DNA of 64,000 nt from assembly GCF_006345805.1 (NCBI RefSeq), contig NC_043001.1:80104001-80168000 (forward strand), read 5' to 3'. The stretch's first letter is position 1. Every line of letters starts with the position of its first letter. Of the stretch, positions 41,101-53,959 are shown piece by piece. Source of the DNA: Octopus sinensis (lineage: Eukaryota). The translations under genes and the position numbers were made by a program. The notes under the pieces were generated by a model. It was not told the DNA's origin, searched no databases, and worked only from the letters and a program-made list of their open reading frames with translations.

Positions 41101-41811
41101 GTTGACATCATAAGAATTCGAGTGAATGGGAAATAATTTTGTTCTCCAAAGGTGAAGCTTGAAGTAGATAAAGCTATAGATAATAGTGTATAAATATCGG
41201 ATTAAAAACTATTTGGCTAGAAGAAACCGAAGGTAAGCTTCGGCTTTCTCAAAACGGTTGATGACTAGCAAAAGGGGTTAAGAGTGAATGTACCTATTGA
41301 AAGCACGCGCCTGCGGGACAACAGGTGGGTGAGTGATCAAGGGGACTCTGGATGTGCAGGATTCCTTGAATGATCTGAGTTCAAGTTTCTCCTATATGAG
41401 GAGGGCTGTATCATAAATGTGTTCAAATATTTTGTGCACTAAGCATACTTATATTTATCTCGTTTCCTCTTTCTCCTCCTCTTCTCTTCCTTTCCTCTTA
41501 TTATTTATGTAAACCCCAACAACAACAATTTGTAAACTATCCCTGTAATGTCAACTTCATCTGGTTCCCTTATGGTAAATAAAAAAGTCGTCATCATCAT
41601 CATTATTTTTTTTTAATGTTGTTGCTATTATAATTATTATAGTTGTGACTCTACTTCATCTTGTTATGGAAAAAAATCATCTTTCTTCATATTATAGTTA
41701 TCAATATTATTGGCTGGAAGAGGAGGAGGAGGAGGAGGAGGAGGAGAATGAGGAAGCGGAGAATAAGAAGAGGAGGCATAATGAGGTAAGGAGAAGTATG
41801 AATCATCATCA

Positions 41812-41846
<35 letters not shown>

Positions 41847-41894
41847 GCATCATCATCATCATCATCATCATCATCACCCTCATCATCTATTCTT

Positions 41895-41972
<78 letters not shown>

Positions 41973-42421
41973 ATTATTACGTTATTATTATTGTTATTGT
42001 TGTTGTTGTTGTTGTTAGTATTAGTATTAGCTTCTCTGTTTCTCTTCTTTTCGATTTCGACTATGAGATTTTTGTTTTATTTCTGTTTGTTTGTTTTTTT
42101 TTGCATTTACTATAATATTGTATTTACTATTTTTTTTATTTCGTTGTTTATCTTTAGCTTTTTATCTTATTATCTTTAACGCTAATGATACTTACATGAA
42201 CGTCTGTTTCTATTGGTCATTTCTATGACTTACGATCCTATTAGCGGACTTCTTTGACCGCTGCAGATAATTACATCGTCTATATTTCAGATGCTACATT
42301 TTCCTCTTCCCCACTTTCATTCCTCATCCTACTCCTCCGCCTCTTCTTTCCTCGTTATCACCAACACCACCAACTTCATCATCACCACTACTACCACCAT
42401 CACCAACAACATCACCATCAC

Positions 42422-42495
<74 letters not shown>

Positions 42496-42510
42496 ACATC
42501 ATTATCATTG

Positions 42511-42562
<52 letters not shown>

Positions 42563-42759
42563 CATTATTATTATTATAGCTCCCACCAATTACACGGCAC
42601 CGCCAATTTCCTTAGAGAAATCGAAATCCAATAGACATTATAAGTATGTCATGGCCCTCTCACTAAGTTTCTTTCTATGTATAGATACATATATGTATGT
42701 GTTCGTGTGTGCAGGTGTGTGCGTGTGTATATGTAGGTGTATGTGTGTATGTGTATTTG

Positions 42760-42790
<31 letters not shown>

Positions 42791-43214
42791 TTATATACAC
42801 ACACATATGTATATACATACATTTATATATAATATATATATATATAATATTATATAATATACATATAATATATATATACATATAATATATACATATATAA
42901 ATATATGTATGCATGCATATATATATGTTATATATTTATCATATATATTATTATATTATATTTATATATACACACACATACATGTACATATCTATAGGTA
43001 TATCTCTCTATAATATAGAATATATAAGATATGTACATATTGTACAAATATATATATATATAAATACACATATATATATATAGAGAAATATGTGTTTGTG
43101 TATATATCCACACACACACACATACACGCTTATATATATGTGTGTGTGTGTATGTGTGAGTGTGGCGTGTGTGCGTGTGTGTGTACGTACGTATGTAGAT
43201 ATATATATACATAT

Positions 43215-43252
<38 letters not shown>

Positions 43253-43266
43253 TACATACTACATAC

Positions 43267-43323
<57 letters not shown>

Positions 43324-44270
43324 TTTCATCTATGTATGTATGTGTGTATATATGTACATGTAGTCTCCACATCCTCATCATTATCTATCACCGCTTTGGC
43401 GTCCGTTATTCCGTACAAGCATTGGTTGTTTGGACATTTTATTAGCCATAAAGCCTAAAGAACTCGTCTAGCAAGACAGGCCTTGCCATTCTGTAGATTT
43501 ACTAATAAGTACTTGCACAAGTTTTATTTGTTCTTCTTCTGCTGATTATATGTGTATGTGTTTTAGATGCCATATTAGCAATCACTGCTACTACAGCTAC
43601 GTGCTCGCCCGCGTTGCTAGAAACTGCAGTTGAATGTACAGCCATTTTACGGAAATCCGCCACCACCAGTTTTAATGAAAGCCCCTTACTTTTTATGCAC
43701 CCCCAGTTATAAAATGTATGGGCATTGCTGTGTAATTAAGAAGCTCGGTTTTGGGTTCTATTCCACAGCGTGGCACCTTGGGCAAGTGATTTTTATTATA
43801 ACCGTAGGTCGACTGGTGCCTCGCAAGTGAATTTAATTGACGGAAGCTGTGTCCACTGAGCATGTGTGAGTATGTGTGTGTTTGTATGTGAGTGTATGTA
43901 CATGTATGTGTATATGTGTATGTATATATATATTGAAGAGACCCCTTCGGCCATTAATGACCATGGGATTGCACCTAGAAAGTTACTCTCCGAGGAACAA
44001 TTCCGGGTAAAGTTGTTTATAGAAGGCCAGCAGTCGCCCATGCATGCCAGCCTCTCCTCTCCACACCACCGATGTTATCCAAGGGAAAGGGAAAGTCCGA
44101 TACGGCTTGGCACCAGTTATGTCGCAACTCATTTCTACAGCTGAGGGAACTGGAGCAACGTGAAATAAAGTGTCTTACTGAAGAACACAACACGCAGCCC
44201 GGTCCAGGAATCGAACTCACAACATCATGATCGTAATCTCGATGCTCTAACTATCCACTGAGCCATCCAC

Positions 44271-44340
<70 letters not shown>

Positions 44341-44354
44341 TATATACATACATT

Positions 44355-44393
<39 letters not shown>

Positions 44394-44839
44394 TATATAT
44401 TCATTTATATATACATACATATGAATGTATATGCATAGGTAATATATAATATATTATATACATACAAACATATATATACATATATGCCCTTGTGTGTGTC
44501 TTTGTATCTGTGCTTCTCATTCCCCTTCCATTTTGAGAATCGGCGTTAGTTTGTTTACGTTCCGTAACTTAGTTGTCAAACAAATATGACCGACATCATA
44601 AGTATAAGGCTTTAAAATAAGGAACCTACGTGCAAGGGTCGATTTGCTCGACTAAAGCACTTCAATGTGGTGCCCCAGCATGGCTGCAACCCAAAGACTT
44701 CAACAAGTAAAAGAGAAATAATAAAAAGGTGAGTTTGTCAAGAGTGGAAATTCGTTTCTCGGGACTGATTAATGAAATTGGATATTGGGGTAACATTTAA
44801 CATAACCAGGTATTTTGACGCTGGGATATACTTACTCAC

Positions 44840-45014
44840 ATGCATAACTCAATTTGCTTTTGGCCTTAAAATGCTGATGGCGTTGTAAATGAGTTGTAGG
44901 AATGTTGTCTTCTGACACAGCCTGTCTTCGGCATTTTGAAATCTAGCTCAACCTTATTCTCATTCTCTTCTAACTGCTGATAATTTCTTAGAGAAAACGA
45001 CCGATAGAAATCGA
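44840..45014 (-). other. Candidate internal exon (probably 5' UTR or non-coding), 175 nt
   Basis: Acceptor ttattttctttttctctgtttttcAG; donor CAT|GTGAGT with an overlapping alternative GA|GTAAGT. All three frames contain stops; ATG-CAT sits at the exon end. Confidence 0.45.
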
Positions 45015-46395
45015 CTGAAAAACAGAGAAAAAGAAAATAATCGTCTACGGTGTTTGTGTTACATGCCATGGTATAAGGATAAACAGGGAAACTTCAGTTT
45101 CTGAATTTTAATCGTTCCCCGAAGGTCATTCGTCATCCGAAATAGCTTTAACTGAAATTATTTTTCCTATAGGAAATTCCAGAAAAGCCAAGACGAAAGC
45201 TAAACAGCAACTGCCGCTCACCCGCTAACACTCCCAGCTTGTCTCCAACTGTTGTTGCCGGTTCGCTTGCTTGTTACACGAGATACCGTAATTTACCCTA
45301 AGCGTTTTATGATAGAAAAATTGTTCGTAAACCGAGGTTGCACCGTATAATAATCCTGTAAAACGTGAAAGAATGGTAATACATTTATCGCTCACGAAAC
45401 CCTGACAGGCAGAATATATTCAAAACATACACATACATATATTCGTGAGTATATATACAAACACACGCACACACATGTATATAATATATATATATGTGCT
45501 TTTATTTGTTTCAGTCTGACTACGTTTATTTGTTTAGTTGTTCCAGCATGACTGCAGTCATTCTGGGGCATCACATTCAAGGATTTTAGTAAGACAAATC
45601 GACCCAAGAACTTATATTTTTTTTTAAAGCCTAGAACTTATTCTATCAGCCTCTTTTGACGAACCACCTAGTTACTGGGACGTAAGCACATAAACAACCA
45701 TGTGATGATGGGGAGACAAATTTATCGGCAGCAAATCAAAGCTGCCGATTCCATTTCGGAATTAAACAGAAAATTCATAATTATTCAATATAGGGTAGCA
45801 AAAAAATTCAGCACGACGGGCTTCTTTCAGTTTCCGTCTACCAAATCTACTCACGAGGTTTGGTCGGCACGAGACTATAGTAAAAGGCGCTTTCTTTTGA
45901 TGTTACGCAGTGGAGACTGAACCCGGAACCATGTGGTTGGGAAGCAAGCTTCTTACCACACAGCCACGCCATACACACGTATATATGTATGTATGTACGT
46001 ATGTCTACCTACTTATATATGTGTGTGCGTGCTTATGTTTCTGTGTGTGTGTGTGTGTAAGTGCATGGGCATCGGTGTACTTATTCGTGTTTGCGTATGA
46101 CTCACCGCTTCACGACTGGTGTTGGTAAGTTTATATTCTTGTAACATAGACGTTTCGCAAGAAGAGATCGATAGAGTAAGCCAGGCAATTACAAATACTG
46201 AGGTTGATTCTCTCAAGTAAACACTTCAATGAATTGCCCCAGCACGGCAGCAGTCCAGTAACTGATGCAAAATATGGAAGCGTGTTTTCATATATGTATG
46301 TGCTTGCGTATTGCATGTATGTGTAGCATATATCCGTGTGCGTATGTGTGTGTGTGTATCTCTACATATAGTTAAGATAGATAGATAGATAGATC

Positions 46396-46445
<50 letters not shown>

Positions 46446-46504
46446 AGACAGACAGACAGACAGACAGACGGATAGATAGCTAGCTAGCTAGCTAGCTAGC
46501 TAGC

Positions 46505-46564
<60 letters not shown>

Positions 46565-46976
46565 CAGACAGAAAGACAGACAGAAATACGCATAACCACT
46601 CACACTCACATATAAATATGCATACACATAAATGTATTGAGGGAGAGAGGATGGTATGAGTGAACGTGTCTGCATGAGAATGACAGACAAAATGGACAGT
46701 AAGACAAGTATACGCATGCGGGGATGTACACCAACGTAGAAATTGATGAAGAGAACAGAAAATGGCGTCTGACGTGATACAAATTTGCTATTAACTAGCC
46801 TCCTCTCATGACTGTTTTTTTTTTAACAATTAAAGGTCAAAGGATATATTATATACAACATCTTTCCAGCATTCTTCTTACTTTCTTACTTTCTAAATAT
46901 ATTCCTTCCATCAATGTGCATCATACATACATACATACATACATAACCATACATACATACATACATACATACACAC

Positions 46977-47051
<75 letters not shown>

Positions 47052-47261
47052 TATTTGTATATACACACATGCATATGTGTGTATGAACAAATGTAACATG
47101 TGTATATTTACATTTATTACAATGTATATATATATAGAAATAGATAAACATGTACATGAAGTGAGATGCACACACACACACATATATATACAACACACAG
47201 TTTATATTACATTTAATTAAGTGTATATGTGTATATTATATATATATATATATATATACAT

Positions 47262-47319
<58 letters not shown>

Positions 47320-47389
47320 ATACTTACCTGTCTAATACATATTCAGATATGAATACACACGCATACATACACACACATACTCACATACA

Positions 47390-47432
<43 letters not shown>

Positions 47433-49735
47433 GGAATTTGGGTTTTTATTTTGTTGCTGTCATTCTATTTTAAACGCATTGTCCATCTTTTCAATAGCTG
47501 TTCGTTTAGCTCCTGTGTCTCATCTCTTTCTTTACAAACCTCTGATGTATACAGCGGCTTTAGAATTCTTTAGAATTACTCCAGGTGACCTTTTAGCTAT
47601 AAAAATGGTCGCACTTTCTGAGTGTTAAATTGGAAGCACGTTACTCTAAGATAATTAACTTTTGAAAGGATTTCTCTCAGCTGCCAGTTTATTTGCATCT
47701 CATTATAACATTTTCCTCATCGAAATTGCTATGTAAAGCTCATTTTCAGATTTTAGTCTGCTATTTCCATTCCTTTTACAAAAGGTTCTTGAGGAATCCG
47801 TAAGTGTTGTTTATTGATTCTTTGTGAAGAATATTCTAGAATTGAAAATGTGCTGCTGCTGCTGCTACTGCTGCTACTGCTGCTACTGCTATCTAAGCTG
47901 CTGAACAATTTCTCACAGGATATACAGAGGCCGAGAAGAGAATTAGAATTTAGTTCAAACTGAGCACATAAGAGTTGAACATATTTTTACAGATCTTCAA
48001 TCGTTCGAATTCAGCCAGCTGTATGTAAGGTATATATCACTGCACTTGAAGTTGTTCATTACTAGTCAAGTAAGCAGGCAAGATGGCCGCCCGTTTATTA
48101 GAAATTGCGGGGAAAATTTCATTGCTACCAAAACCAACCACCTCCAGCACACTCATTTCCAACAACATTGCCATCAACGAACATCGACATTACCAACACC
48201 AATTCCATGTACTTTGTAGCGCTACATCAACTGCCTTTATAGAAATATAAGAGGCTTCTCCAGCTTTATTATTCTATTCACCGTAAGAAGCTTTTTATCT
48301 ACTCTACTAATAGCGCTGCTTTTACAAAACTGTCTTCAAATATTGCTTAGGATTCTAATGATATATTTTCCCGTTCAATATAAAAAGAATGATGTCCGAA
48401 TGATTATAGGTTCAATTCTATCTACAGATTTAATTGCTTTTTTTACGATCTTTCTTTATTCATTCCTTTTTATTTCTATTTTTGTGCGTTTGCTATTTTA
48501 CGTCCATATTTAATGGGATGTTTCTTTTTTATGAGAACAATATTTTTCTTTTACTGCTGGATGTCTGTCTTTCCCATATCAAATCACTCAACTGAGAAAA
48601 AATAGGAGCCGATCCTGCTTATATTTTTTGTTCAGACTAGTAATTTAGAAGAATGGCAAGGCGCAGCGTAATACTCTCTGTAGAGCAGTATCTTAAGGCA
48701 TTGTGCTTCAAACTTGTTTATGCCTCTGCTCATATGAGATCCCTGATAAATCTTTAATATACCACGAAACTAAACAGTTTGGTCCTCATTTCAAGTTTCG
48801 GAAGACGCTATAGTTTAATACGAAGACTATTTCACAGAGACTCAATACATTTACATAAAATAATATAAAAAGATATGTTTATGTATATGAAGAGAAAAAG
48901 AAAGTGGAAGAGATAAAGAGAGGGAGATTGAGTAATAGTTCAATAGAGGTGTGTATATAATATATATATATACATATACATATACATTTACATATACATA
49001 TACATATATCTACATATATATACATATATATATATGTATATATATGCTTATATATATATGCGTGAGTGTGTGTTTATGTACGTGTGTATGTGCGTGTATG
49101 TATGCATGTATGTACGTATGTGTCTCCCTATCTGTATATCAATATATATATATATATAATATATATATATATAATATGTTATAATTTATACAGTATTATA
49201 TATATTTTATTATATTACCTTATATTATATTGTATGTTGTTGTGTGTGTATGTGGGTATGTCTGTTGTGTTTGTATGTGTGTGTCCGTGTGTATGTCGGT
49301 AACTATGCGTATACATAACCTAACTATATTAGTGTATGAGTTACGTAGTTATTAATGCTTGACCGTCAATCTTGTACACTTGTGTAATATTTTTATGCTT
49401 GTTATATATCTCTAATTAGTAATATATTTTGCTCTTTCGGCCTCTTGGAAGACAAATTATCCCTAGACGACATTTCCATCAGCATTCAAAGCTATTGAAA
49501 GACTTATGATATAATCACGGAGCCTACATAATGAGAGTTATATATTTATTACTTTCAGGTATATGGGCACACAGACACACACACACACACATACAAACAA
49601 ATATATATATGTACATATATATACATATATGTGTACATATGTGTATCTTTATATATATACATATATATGTACATATATATATCTTTATATATATACATAT
49701 AAATGTATCAATATATGTATATATATACATACATA

Positions 49736-49766
<31 letters not shown>

Positions 49767-49828
49767 ATATATATATAGAGAGAGAGACAGAGAGAGAAAG
49801 AGATAGATAGATAGATAGATAGATAGAT

Positions 49829-49878
<50 letters not shown>

Positions 49879-51612
49879 GATTACAAAAATATTCGCTTCC
49901 GATCTTTCGAGAGAACATGAAATAATTCTTTTTGGGAACACTGGACCTCGAGCAGCACGGTCGTTCAGACCTCCTGTACTTGATACAGAAACACTCACAC
50001 ACACACACGCGCGCGCATGCACACACACACTCACACACACACACACGATAAAAGAAGATATATATATATATATATATATTGTTTGTTCCTTCTCGAGCAA
50101 CGCCTAGTTCATAAGGACCGGTGTCCCGGTTTCCTTGGCGTATAGATTCCCCACCTGGACGGGACGCCGGTCCGTCGCAGGTGAGCTGCAAGACGCAGAA
50201 GGAAAGACTGAGAGAAAGTTGTGACGAAAGATTGAGAGAAGTTGTGGCGAAAGAAGTTTGCCATTACCTTCTGCCGGAGCCGCGTGGAGCTTAGGTATTT
50301 CGCTCAAAAACACATACATCGCCCGGTCTGAGATTCGAACCCGCGAGTCCGCTGCGCTGACCACTGGGCCATGTGCCTCCACACACACACGCACACACAC
50401 ACACACACACATATATAAGCTGGCAGCTGAGAGAAATCGCAAAAGCATATACACATATACATATAAACATATATAAATTGACAGAATGGGATAAAAATAA
50501 CCAAAGCAGTAAATTGATTTCATAACATATATCTTCTTGATAAATGTTATGACATCTGTTTACTGCCTTTTTTTTTTCTCATTCTGTCAATTTATGTATA
50601 TGCATGCTAATACATGACCCGCGTTGGACTCCTCACTTGTATCATTATCGAGCCAGGAGCTTAACCATGGTCTATCCATAGCACTTACTTAGTTTTTACC
50701 CGATACCTTTTGGGTCTTCCTGACATCAATAGCTTTCATACATATAAATATATAAATACAAAAGGCTTCTTTCAATTTGTATCTTCCAAATCCACTCACT
50801 AGTCTTTGGTTGACCCTAGGCTCTAGAAGAAGACACTTGCCCATGTGGGAATGAACCCAAAGCAATATGGCTGGGAAGCAGGCTTCTAACCACACAGTCA
50901 CGTCTACATATTTATACATGTAGAGAATCTGATTATTAATATCAAAAGATAAATCAGACAGAGGTAATTAAGAGTTCAATTAATAACAGGCGGCAGAATT
51001 CCAACACCTTATTACATTGCAATAAATCCAAGTGTGACAGACTTGCATGTATATACATAAGCAGCTAAAACTATCTCTGAGAGCAACAGATTGAGCAGAA
51101 AAGAGGACATTTGAGAATAATTCATACTTGGACTTTATGCTTATCTGCTTAAATCGAATATATAATCACACACACACAAACGCACAAACACGCACATACA
51201 CACACACACATACACACGCACACATCTTTTAAATTTGGTTACGGGAAACGTATTAAATATTCAAATAAAGCTCATATTCATTATGCCGGCCACAGTCTAA
51301 TGATGCTGACTGGTGGACCACTTGGGGTTGCATCGAGCTGTACCGATATACTGTGGGATAAATACAGTAATAGCAACAATAATCTTTTATGGATCTGTTA
51401 ATGTTATATCGCCTGAAGAAATGAATCCATGAAGATGATCTACCCGATGCCCATTGATATTACGGACAACACCGTAATCATCCCAGGAATAGGGATGTGA
51501 TCTTAAGAGACGGGATTTGTGGATAGGCGCGTAGCGATGCATTAAAATTATTATAACTTCCATCCAAGGATTATTGTTATTATTACTATCTATCTATCTA
51601 TCTATCTATCTA

Positions 51613-51663
<51 letters not shown>

Positions 51664-52213
51664 ATATCTATCTATATCTATCTGCATGCATGTATGTATG
51701 TATGTGTGTGTGTCCTCCCACGACCGTTTGACAATCGGCGTCGCTGTGTTTGCATTCCTATAATCCTAACGGTTCTGCAAGAGAAACCGGTAAAATAAGT
51801 ACTTGGCTTTAAAATTTGGTAGTGGGATCGATTTATTCGCCCAATATTTCAAGGCAGTACCCCAGCATGGCCACAATCGAATAAGACAGGTAAGAAAGGT
51901 AAAAGATATGATAAACCAAATGATGATTTTATTCTTCTGTATATCCGGGATATCGGGAATGGAGGCAATTGATTGGCTAAAATTACATAATTTAAAATTT
52001 TCTGATAAAATAACTTATTCCAATTATGCAATACACTAATCAGCTCCCAAGTTCATCAGACAACTTCTAAAACCGTAATGATAAAAAGAATATCTGAATG
52101 CTCCATTTATTCTCACCGTATATTTAGACGCACTTATATATGCGCGCGCATGTGTGAGTGTGTGTTTGTGCGTGCGTGCATATGAGTGTATGTTCCTGTG
52201 TATGCATCTCCTC

Positions 52214-53230
52214 ACAGGCACGCATCATCGACCATATCATATCACTGACTCCTTCACCTGCACTTCTAGCAACGTCATCTACTGCATCTCCTGCTCTCTC
52301 AGTCCTTCTCTGTCCTTCTCTATTACAGCGGTGAAACGGGACGCCGCTTGGCTGACCAGTTCACGGAACACCTCCGGACATCAGACTCGAGAACGACACC
52401 CTGGTCTTACACCATTTCCGCTCTACCAGTCATTCATTACAACACCTGTCTGTGTTCGGATTGTCCTTCTACAGAGGCCATCCGGACTCACGTCTTTGCC
52501 GTGAGCAGGAATTAATTTTCCCACTTCGCACCTTGACGCCACATGGAATAAACTCTCCTCCCCTCTTCATCTAACTCTCTTCATCTCACACCTACTTCCC
52601 CATCCATCTCTCCTATCTTGCTCTGACACCTACTTCCTCTATTTATTCCTACCCACCTTCTCACTTCTACCCTCTCCCTTCATCGTCCCCCTCTCTCGTT
52701 ACCCCACCCCTATATATTTTAAACCCATCATCCCTATCCATCCCACCTCCACCCCTTCCCTTAGACCCCACACTTGCTACTCCCACGCACCACCGCACCA
52801 CCCCGCACACACTAGCACTGACCACTTCCCAGCACCCACACTAGCACTGACTACTTCCCAGCACCTACACCATCATCCACACACCTACATATGTACACAC
52901 GCACACTCAAGGTCTCCAACCCCCTTCCACACGCTCTCACATACACAGGCATGCGCACTTTCGTTTTGGGATCATCACTACTTAATTATCTCCCCTTCTT
53001 CCTAGCCCTCCTGTGTGACCCCTCTGTCCAGCATTCGTCATGATAGATCGCTAGCTACTAAACCTTTTTTTTTATTTTCTTTCCCTGTTTATTTCTGTGT
53101 TCCTTTCTGTCGAAGAGCGTAGGTTCGAAACGTAGAAGACTTTCTCACATCCCGAGCATTAAACTAATGCATCTCTTTGGTGTTTACATGTCTTCGTCTT
53201 TTGGGTTTTTTCTTTTTCTTTTGTAAATTC
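52214..53230 (+). mobile_element. Penelope-like element 3' remnant (GIY-YIG, C-rich 3' UTR, terminal module with hammerhead-like motif at 53103-53138)
   Basis: HITDSFTCTSSNVIYCISC, YSGETGRRLADQFTEHLR (frameshifted), PHGIN; cttt-CTGTCGAA-gagc(gtag)gttc-GAAA-cGTA-gaag. Confidence 0.85.
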
Positions 53231-53593
53231 TCACTTTATATGTATATATGTATGTATGTTATTATTCAATTTTATTTCAAGATTTCTTGCCAGTAGAGTC
53301 GGTTTCTAACCTAGATCCAATGGTCCTTCATTGAAATTTCGACATCAGCAGGGTATTTTTGTATATATGTGTGCATATGTGCAGTATTTGTGTCAGTGCA
53401 TGTACAGTTTTGTATGTTTTGTTTTATGAATGTATTATTATGCATATAGTTGTATGTCTAGACATGCGTATATATACTTAAGTCTTGAACTTCAGAAAAG
53501 TCTTTAAAATTTTACACTTCCTATGATCTGTAGTCTTCTAATCAGCTTTTTCCTTTTGGTAATGTGTGTATGTATGTACATGTGTATGTATGT

Positions 53594-53917
53594 GAAGGCG
53601 CGTGGCGTAGTGGTTAGAGCATTCGGTTCACGATCGTAAGCTCGTGAGTTCAATTCCCCTTGTCGTATTGTGTCCTTGAGCAAGACACTTTATTTCACGT
53701 TCCTCCAGTTCACTGAACTGGCAAAAGTGAGTAGTATCTGTATTTCAAAATGAGCCAGCCTTGTCACACTCTGTGTCAAGCTGTAGTTCCCAGGGAACTA
53801 TGTTAAGTGTACGCGTGTCTGTGGAGTGTTCAGCCACTTGCACGTTAATTTCACGAACAAGCTGTTCCGTTGATCGGGTCAACTGGAACCCTCCTCATCG
53901 CAACCGACAGAGTGCCA
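53594..53917 (+). mobile_element. Full-length tRNA-derived SINE family C; second copy at 57878-58180
   Basis: gaaggcgcgtggcgtagtggttagagc A box, gagttcaattccc B box, gtgtccttgagcaagacactttatttcacg core. Confidence 0.85.
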
Positions 53918-53925
53918 GATGTGTG

Positions 53926-53959
<34 letters not shown>

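Noticed and set aside
41152-41232. 81-nt segment with good acceptor and AAG|GTAAGC donor
   Set aside because: Stops in all three frames and no other support.
47321-47330. Perfect minus-strand donor CAG|GTAAGTA
   Set aside because: Upstream sequence is (TG)n microsatellite with no credible exon.
51410-51505. CTGAAGA..GAAG motif and two adjacent 6-bp hairpins
   Set aside because: GAAA is missing and the helices are too short to distinguish from chance.
53285-53345. Minus-strand terminal-repeat-like segment with caatgaag...agaaacc
   Set aside because: May be another Penelope-type end, but the core and stems do not fit a hammerhead well enough to call.
53594-53670. tRNA-like A/B boxes
   Set aside because: They continue into a SINE core and do not close a cloverleaf; SINE heads, not tRNA genes.
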